A stretch of DNA of 10,732 nucleotides from Pseudobacteriovorax sp. (GTDB lineage Bacteria > Bdellovibrionota_B > Oligoflexia > Oligoflexales > Oligoflexaceae). The DNA lies in the NCBI GenBank assembly GCA_050293845.1, contig JBNKNM010000196.1, positions 1 to 10,732 on the forward strand, in the 5' to 3' direction. Both the position numbers and the translations under genes were made by a program. A model generated the notes under the pieces. The model did not search any database. It was not told the origin of the DNA and saw nothing but the letters and a program-made list of their open reading frames with translations. Numbering within the stretch: the stretch's first letter is position 1; each line of letters starts with the position of its first letter. Of this stretch, positions 6,059-10,732 are shown piece by piece.

Positions 6059-7297
6059 TTGGACGCCGTAGAAAATCAAATACAGAATATCAAGAAGCTT
6101 TGGGATTTTAATTGGGGTGCCATGGATGTCCTAATTGGGGGCAGGTCGTCAATTGATCTTGACAAATTACGCTTTAAAAACTGGCAAGATGCCACAGAGT
6201 TCATTAAATATTACGGCTTTGATCCAGAATCAGCTGTTGATTCCAGAAAAATTCATGCTGTTATTGTGGAATCGTGGAACTTTATTGAAAGGTATCTTAT
6301 TCCCAAGGAATGGGAAAAAGGTTTAAAACCACCGGAAGATCTGCTGCGTTATCAGGATGTACGAGATATTATACTGTCTGCTTCTGACGTGCGTCCCGAA
6401 AAAGCCATTAAACAGGCTTGGGCTTGCTCTGTTTTGCGAGTGATGCATACCATAGCTCATATTGATGGTGTGCAACGCTATGCTGATTTCCCCATAGCAC
6501 GCGACCAGATTATGCAGCGATTTCAGAAGTTTATATTTCGTGACGAGGTGGGGCAGCTCCGATTTGGCAAAAACAACCTTTCTATAGGCTTATCCCGTAT
6601 CGAGTGGAAGTATCAAAAGCCTCGCGAGTCGATAATTTTAAAGCTACTACATAAGAAAGCTAATGTAACAGAAACCATCTATGATCTGATTGGAATGCGT
6701 ATTGTTACTCGAAATTTGTGTGATGTTTTAGTTGTTGTAAAGTTTTTAAGAGACTTCCATATGGTCACCTTTGCCAATTGCAATCCATCTCGGGCGCGAA
6801 ACTCTCTCATGGACGTGGAATCATTTCGTCATAATGTAGAGACGCTCAAGGTGATGTTGGACAACCAAAAAATTTCTCCATCAGAATTTTCGTCATTGCT
6901 GCAAAGTGTGACTCGTCACCTTGAAAAAAATACAGCACGCATCAATCCTCACTCGGGTCATAACTATAGGTCCATTCAGCTAACTTGTAGGCAGCTCATC
7001 CGTATGCCGTCTCGTTCTAGTATTTGGCAAAAAAAGCTTGTTGATTTTATAGAAAAGCATGAGATTAAAGGAGATCATATTAGCATATTGCAAGACATAG
7101 CAAGGTTGTTAAAGCTGGATAACGAAAAATCCCGAAGGCATCTTGGTTTTTTTCCTTTTGAAATTCAAGTTATGGACGAAGAAACATTTCAGAAAAATAT
7201 GCTCGGTGATGCAAATCATGGACGTTATAAACAGTCACAAATCAAATCTGCCAGGCGCCGTGTACTTGCCAAAGTGTTGACAAATAAGTTTTATTAG
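6059..7297 (+). CDS. TIGR04552/TIGR04562-like protein with a divergent RelA/SpoT synthetase (nucleotidyltransferase-fold) domain
   Basis: 412 aa, TTG start (start uncertain). Ordered RSH-synthetase-like motifs: KPRESIILKLLHK, IYDLIGMRIVT, NPHSGHNYRSIQLT, FPFEIQV, ANHGRYK. No HD hydrolase, TGS or ACT domain visible. Family label is from memory of ~400-aa myxobacterial/bdellovibrio proteins. Confidence 0.78.
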   Translation: MDAVENQIQNIKKLWDFNWGAMDVLIGGRSSIDLDKLRFKNWQDATEFIKYYGFDPESAVDSRKIHAVIVESWNFIERYLIPKEWEKGLKPPEDLLRYQDVRDIILSASDVRPEKAIKQAWACSVLRVMHTIAHIDGVQRYADFPIARDQIMQRFQKFIFRDEVGQLRFGKNNLSIGLSRIEWKYQKPRESIILKLLHKKANVTETIYDLIGMRIVTRNLCDVLVVVKFLRDFHMVTFANCNPSRARNSLMDVESFRHNVETLKVMLDNQKISPSEFSSLLQSVTRHLEKNTARINPHSGHNYRSIQLTCRQLIRMPSRSSIWQKKLVDFIEKHEIKGDHISILQDIARLLKLDNEKSRRHLGFFPFEIQVMDEETFQKNMLGDANHGRYKQSQIKSARRRVLAKVLTNKFY

Positions 7298-7329
7298 GTA
7301 TAACTTCCAGTTTATTATGTGGAGTTTAT

Positions 7330-8073
7330 ATGGCGATTCTATGGCAAAAATCTATAGATGACACTATGTATCAGGTCCGAAATGCTGGAAAAACGATGCG
7401 TTTGTACACTAATGGAATTCTACACACAGAGTACAATCCGAACCATATACTCACTGGCAGCGTTTGGGATCTTCTTTTGCTGGGATCATTTCTGGTACCT
7501 ATAGGTCATTTGAAAAGAGTTTTGGTGTTAGGAGTCGGTGGTGGTGCAGTACTAAATCAAATTCATTATTTTTTTCCTAAAGCTACTATTACTGGTGTTG
7601 AACTCAACCCCACACATCTGAGAGTAGCCAAGGATTTTTTTGCATTAAATACTATGAATCATGAACTCATTGAAGCGGATGCTATCGACTGGGTTAACAC
7701 AAATCAAAATAGAACCTACGACCTAATTATTGAAGATCTATTTTGTGAAACGGACGGTGAACCCGAGCGTGTTAAAGAAGCTAATAAATCTTGGGTTAGT
7801 AAGCTTGATGGGATGCTCAGTCCCTCAGGGGTTATGGTTGTTAATTTTATTGATCGAGATAGTTTATTAAGAAGCTCAACCGTATTTCAAGAAACTGGAA
7901 AATACGCGTCAGGGCTTCGGTTTACCACCAAGAATTGTTTCAATATTGTTGCTGTTTACAGTCGCAAATCCGTATTGAGTAGCGAGCTTCTACAGAGGTT
8001 ACGTGAATACCCCTTATTGGATAGTCGCAAGAAAGCATGCAAACTTCATTATAATGTTCGAAAGCTCTTCTAG
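7330..8073 (+). CDS. Spermidine-synthase-like class I SAM-dependent transferase
   Basis: 247 aa. Motif I VLVLGVGGGA, acidic motif II ITGVELNP, EADAIDWV, YDLIIEDLF and LSPSGVMVVN; N-terminal RLYTNGILHT beta region as in SpeE-like proteins. SD GGAG at 7321-7324. Confidence 0.82.
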   Translation: MAILWQKSIDDTMYQVRNAGKTMRLYTNGILHTEYNPNHILTGSVWDLLLLGSFLVPIGHLKRVLVLGVGGGAVLNQIHYFFPKATITGVELNPTHLRVAKDFFALNTMNHELIEADAIDWVNTNQNRTYDLIIEDLFCETDGEPERVKEANKSWVSKLDGMLSPSGVMVVNFIDRDSLLRSSTVFQETGKYASGLRFTTKNCFNIVAVYSRKSVLSSELLQRLREYPLLDSRKKACKLHYNVRKLF

Positions 8074-10088
8074 CCGAGATACTGAAGAAAGATTAAAGAA
8101 CGATCATCTTCGAGGTTTTCTGATATCTGTATAGAACTTAGAATGCCTGTAAGATAGTCAAGATCTACTTTGGTTTTTTTATCTTGCTCCAGGGTGCGTA
8201 TTAGCTTTCGCAGGCTACGGGAGCCTTCCAGGTAACCATCTGTAACAGTAAAAAGGATTTGACTTGTTTGCATAGTGATGGTTTTCTCTTCCATTACGAT
8301 CTCATCCCGGAGACCTAAGGGAGTGCCCCTAAGCATGGAGAACTCAGTTTTTTGAGGAGAGTGGAGAAACCAACCGGGGCTACCAGCATTGATTAGTTTA
8401 CAAGTCCCATCCTTGAATATGGTTGCTGTCGCCACCGTACAGGTAATGTGATAACTATACAAATCGATAAGTCGGGCATTGATTTTTTCCAGGGCTGCTA
8501 CAAGGCTAATATTCTCAGTTTCATAATCTTTAAGCAGGCTGATGATGCTTGCCACCGTAATGGCAGCCGATGGTCCTTTCCCCATCACATCTCCCATGAT
8601 AAAACGGGTTTCATCGCGGGATACCCGCCAAATATAGAACCAATCTCCAGCCATCTTCAAATGGGGAACATACAGCAGATGGTAACGGAAGTGAGATAAA
8701 GTTCCCGACATATTTTTGGGCAGTAGCAGGTTTTGCACAGCTTTTCCGAGGCTTAAGTAACCGTCTAGTTTAGCTAATTCGGCAGATTCCTCAAGGCGTC
8801 GTGATTTTTCTTCGTAATAGTTTCTCTCTATGGAAACTAACTTTATTTCCTCCTGCAATCTATTATGAGTAAAGTATAGGAATCCGGTACTGCAGAATCC
8901 CAAGCATGGTGTGAGCCAAGGAATTTCGATGGACATATAGGAAAACAAATAGATGGCTAGAAAAATATAGGAAGAAATGACAAGAGATACACCAATCCAA
9001 AATGCCGAAACAGAAGCATGAATTCCTAACAAGGTTCCAATAATAGCCAAAATGAGAATGGTAAACGGTGAACCATCAATAGAGTTGATCCACTGGGATT
9101 CTAAAATACTTGAAATCATGGAGGCAATAATCATGCCTCCTGGTATTTCACCAAAGGGGCTGACTTCATGGAAATCGGTATGACCAGAAGCGAATGATAG
9201 TAGTATCAGAACAATATCCCCTTGGTTGACTGTAGTTTCGTTTTCCCCAGTTCTAGCCCGACGAATCAAAGGATGTAGTGGTGATGTCATTTTATATAAG
9301 TGTTGGGGTGGACGATAATTTATGGTCACACGACCTTTTTTATTAATAGGTACCTTATGGTTGTTGATATGCAGCTCTTTACGATCTATGTAGACACTAT
9401 CTGCAGTAAAAATACTAAGATGAGGAATGATGATATCAGAGCTAATCCTATAAAAGGGGGAAACAGTTCCATCGCTATTGGAGATAATGTGACCTTGGCC
9501 ATGGAACACATCTTCGAGCTGTTGTGTGGGGCCATAAATATGGGCATCATATTGTCTATCAAGAATTAACTCCAGGTCAAACACATCAATTTCGGGGTTC
9601 AAATAACTTTCAATACGGAAAAACTCTTTGTTTCTATCTAAAGCATGACGATATCTCATCGGTTTATTATTGAGGTAGACACCGGTATAAACATTGAGAT
9701 TCTCCTGTTTAAGGGATTTATACCACTTTTCACTATCCTCTTGATATTCTGATAATAACCCATCAATTAAGATGGCTTTTGGCTTACGTTCACTGATATT
9801 GATCAACATTTTAGTGAGGTCTTCGGGGCTAAGACGTGGCCCCCCTAGAAAGGCAAAGCTACTATCATCAAGGGCGAAAATTTTAAGTCTGGGAGAAAGA
9901 GGAGGAGTTTGTCCTAGAATATCCCGAGACTGAAATAAAAAAGGGTATATGATATTTGTTTTCAGGTATTGTTCTAGGGGGCTGAAGGGAATAGCTACAA
10001 TGGCAATAGTCAGTAGGCATGCAGCGCCATGGAAGGTGTACCAGGAGCGACCGCTTGCAAAAAAATCTTGGATGGCTCTTTCCGTCAT
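8070..10088 (-). CDS. Membrane sensor phosphatase: CHASE2 domain + TM helices + PP2C/SpoIIE (RsbU-like) domain
   Basis: 672 aa. N-terminal TM; CHASE2 hallmarks KIFALDDSS, KPKAILIDGLLSE, GRVTINYR, GDIVLI, SPFGEIPGGMIIASMISSIL; three to four TM helices; coiled coil ending LGKAVQNLLLP; PP2C motifs MAGDWF, MGDVMGKGPSAA, NAGSPG, GTPLG, TDGYLE, EDDRSLI with the metal-binding Asp residues intact. Confidence 0.88.
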   Translation of the reverse strand: MTERAIQDFFASGRSWYTFHGAACLLTIAIVAIPFSPLEQYLKTNIIYPFLFQSRDILGQTPPLSPRLKIFALDDSSFAFLGGPRLSPEDLTKMLINISERKPKAILIDGLLSEYQEDSEKWYKSLKQENLNVYTGVYLNNKPMRYRHALDRNKEFFRIESYLNPEIDVFDLELILDRQYDAHIYGPTQQLEDVFHGQGHIISNSDGTVSPFYRISSDIIIPHLSIFTADSVYIDRKELHINNHKVPINKKGRVTINYRPPQHLYKMTSPLHPLIRRARTGENETTVNQGDIVLILLSFASGHTDFHEVSPFGEIPGGMIIASMISSILESQWINSIDGSPFTILILAIIGTLLGIHASVSAFWIGVSLVISSYIFLAIYLFSYMSIEIPWLTPCLGFCSTGFLYFTHNRLQEEIKLVSIERNYYEEKSRRLEESAELAKLDGYLSLGKAVQNLLLPKNMSGTLSHFRYHLLYVPHLKMAGDWFYIWRVSRDETRFIMGDVMGKGPSAAITVASIISLLKDYETENISLVAALEKINARLIDLYSYHITCTVATATIFKDGTCKLINAGSPGWFLHSPQKTEFSMLRGTPLGLRDEIVMEEKTITMQTSQILFTVTDGYLEGSRSLRKLIRTLEQDKKTKVDLDYLTGILSSIQISENLEDDRSLIFLQYLG

Positions 10089-10268
10089 GCTTGGCCTTAT
10101 TGAGGTTGTTCGCTGTCTTTTTTTCGGTTCAGACTAGAAAAAATCACCTTAGGGTATAGGTAAAGATTTCATAGCCTATTAGTATGGGGTTGTGCCTAGA
10201 ATATTATAGGAACTAGGATATAACTGTGTTATAAAACTGCAATTTCCAAGATGGGTGGGGGAGAGTGC

Positions 10269-10732
10269 TTGTATCTATCTGAAAAAATTAGGAAAAAAGC
10301 TGTAGCTGCGATCAATGACTATAGTATGATTGAGGCTGGTGATCGCATTATGGTCGCGGTTTCAGGCGGTAAGGACTCCTCGATCCTTTTATTAACCCTA
10401 AAGGAGATCCAGTCCCGTGCCAAAATCAATTTTACTATTCAACCAGTAATTCTGGATCAAAAGCAGCCGGGCTTCAGAATTGACGCTTTTGCCCACTGGA
10501 TTAAGACCCTTTCCCTTGACCTCGATGTCATCAATGAAGATACCTATTCGATAGTTACAGATAAGGTAAAAGGTGGTAAATCTTTCTGCGGTCTTTGCTC
10601 TCGTTTACGGCGTGGTATTCTTTATAACTATGCCGCTAGCCATGGCTTCACCAAGATAGCTCTCGGTCATCATCGCGACGATATGAACGAAACTTGGCTC
10701 CTTAATTTGTTTTTTAATGGGCGCATGGCATC
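10269..10732 (+). CDS. ttcA: tRNA 2-thiocytidine(32) synthetase TtcA, 5' part only; runs off the right edge
   Basis: Not in the ORF track. Manual translation from TTG 10269 (SD GGGGGAG just upstream; an in-frame ATG also exists at 10251): MYLSEKIRKKAVAAINDYSMIEAGDRIMVAVSGGKDSS...LDQKQPGF...EDTYSIV...FCGLCSRLRRGILY...KIALGHHRDD. PP-loop SGGKDS, CxxC, LDQKQPGF and GHHRDD are diagnostic of TtcA. Confidence 0.96.
   Translation, partial: MYLSEKIRKKAVAAINDYSMIEAGDRIMVAVSGGKDSSILLLTLKEIQSRAKINFTIQPVILDQKQPGFRIDAFAHWIKTLSLDLDVINEDTYSIVTDKVKGGKSFCGLCSRLRRGILYNYAASHGFTKIALGHHRDDMNETWLLNLFFNGRMA

Noticed and set aside
6135..6326. Plus-strand 63-aa ORF nested out of frame in the RSH-like gene (possible antitoxin)
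   Set aside because: TTG start, no recognisable features, fully inside a longer conserved gene; nothing in the sequence supports expression.
7330..8073. Gene symbol speE
   Set aside because: The aminopropyltransferase signature residues are altered and no speD is nearby; only a family-level call is supportable.
8448..10137. Plus-strand ORFs 8448-8699, 9300-9569 and 9949-10137
   Set aside because: Short antisense shadows of the CHASE2-PP2C gene with no motifs.
10149..10172. Seven-codon minus-strand upstream ORF (MKSLPIP) in frame with the phosphatase
   Set aside because: Two in-frame stops separate it from the main ATG at 10088, which has its own SD-like TAAGG; no attenuator structure or codon bias is visible.
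1..10732. Mobile elements, prophage, CRISPR arrays, tRNA/rRNA, tandem repeats, intrinsic terminators
   Set aside because: No transposase, integrase or phage motifs, no periodic repeats, no cloverleaf and no convincing GC-hairpin plus U-tract were found on reading either strand.

Overview
Ordinary chromosomal DNA (roughly 40% GC by eye) with no mobile element, RNA gene or CRISPR array; the gene content points to a Bdellovibrionota/Oligoflexia- or myxobacteria-like organism (inference). Left arm, minus strand: a tightly coupled run of a TolB-like PD40 beta-propeller, a 6-Cys exported hypothetical protein, a TraF/PorV/FadL-like outer-membrane beta-barrel, then cytochrome c maturation genes ccmA, ccmB and ccmC (truncated at the window edge). 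Centre: a divergently transcribed, stand-alone GltF/CglF-like gliding-motility protein, an exported TlpA/ResA-like thioredoxin, a divergent RelA/SpoT-synthetase-like protein (TIGR04552/TIGR04562-like) and a spermidine-synthase-like SAM-dependent transferase. Right arm: a membrane CHASE2-PP2C(SpoIIE) sensor phosphatase and the 5' part of ttcA. Two sigma28/FliA-like promoters with identical spacing (TTWAG-N15-RCCGATAR) precede the barrel-ccmABC genes and the gltF-like gene. The best leads are the non-canonical alarmone-synthetase-like enzyme, the orphan gltF, and the envelope module coupled to ccmABC under a putative sigma28 promoter.
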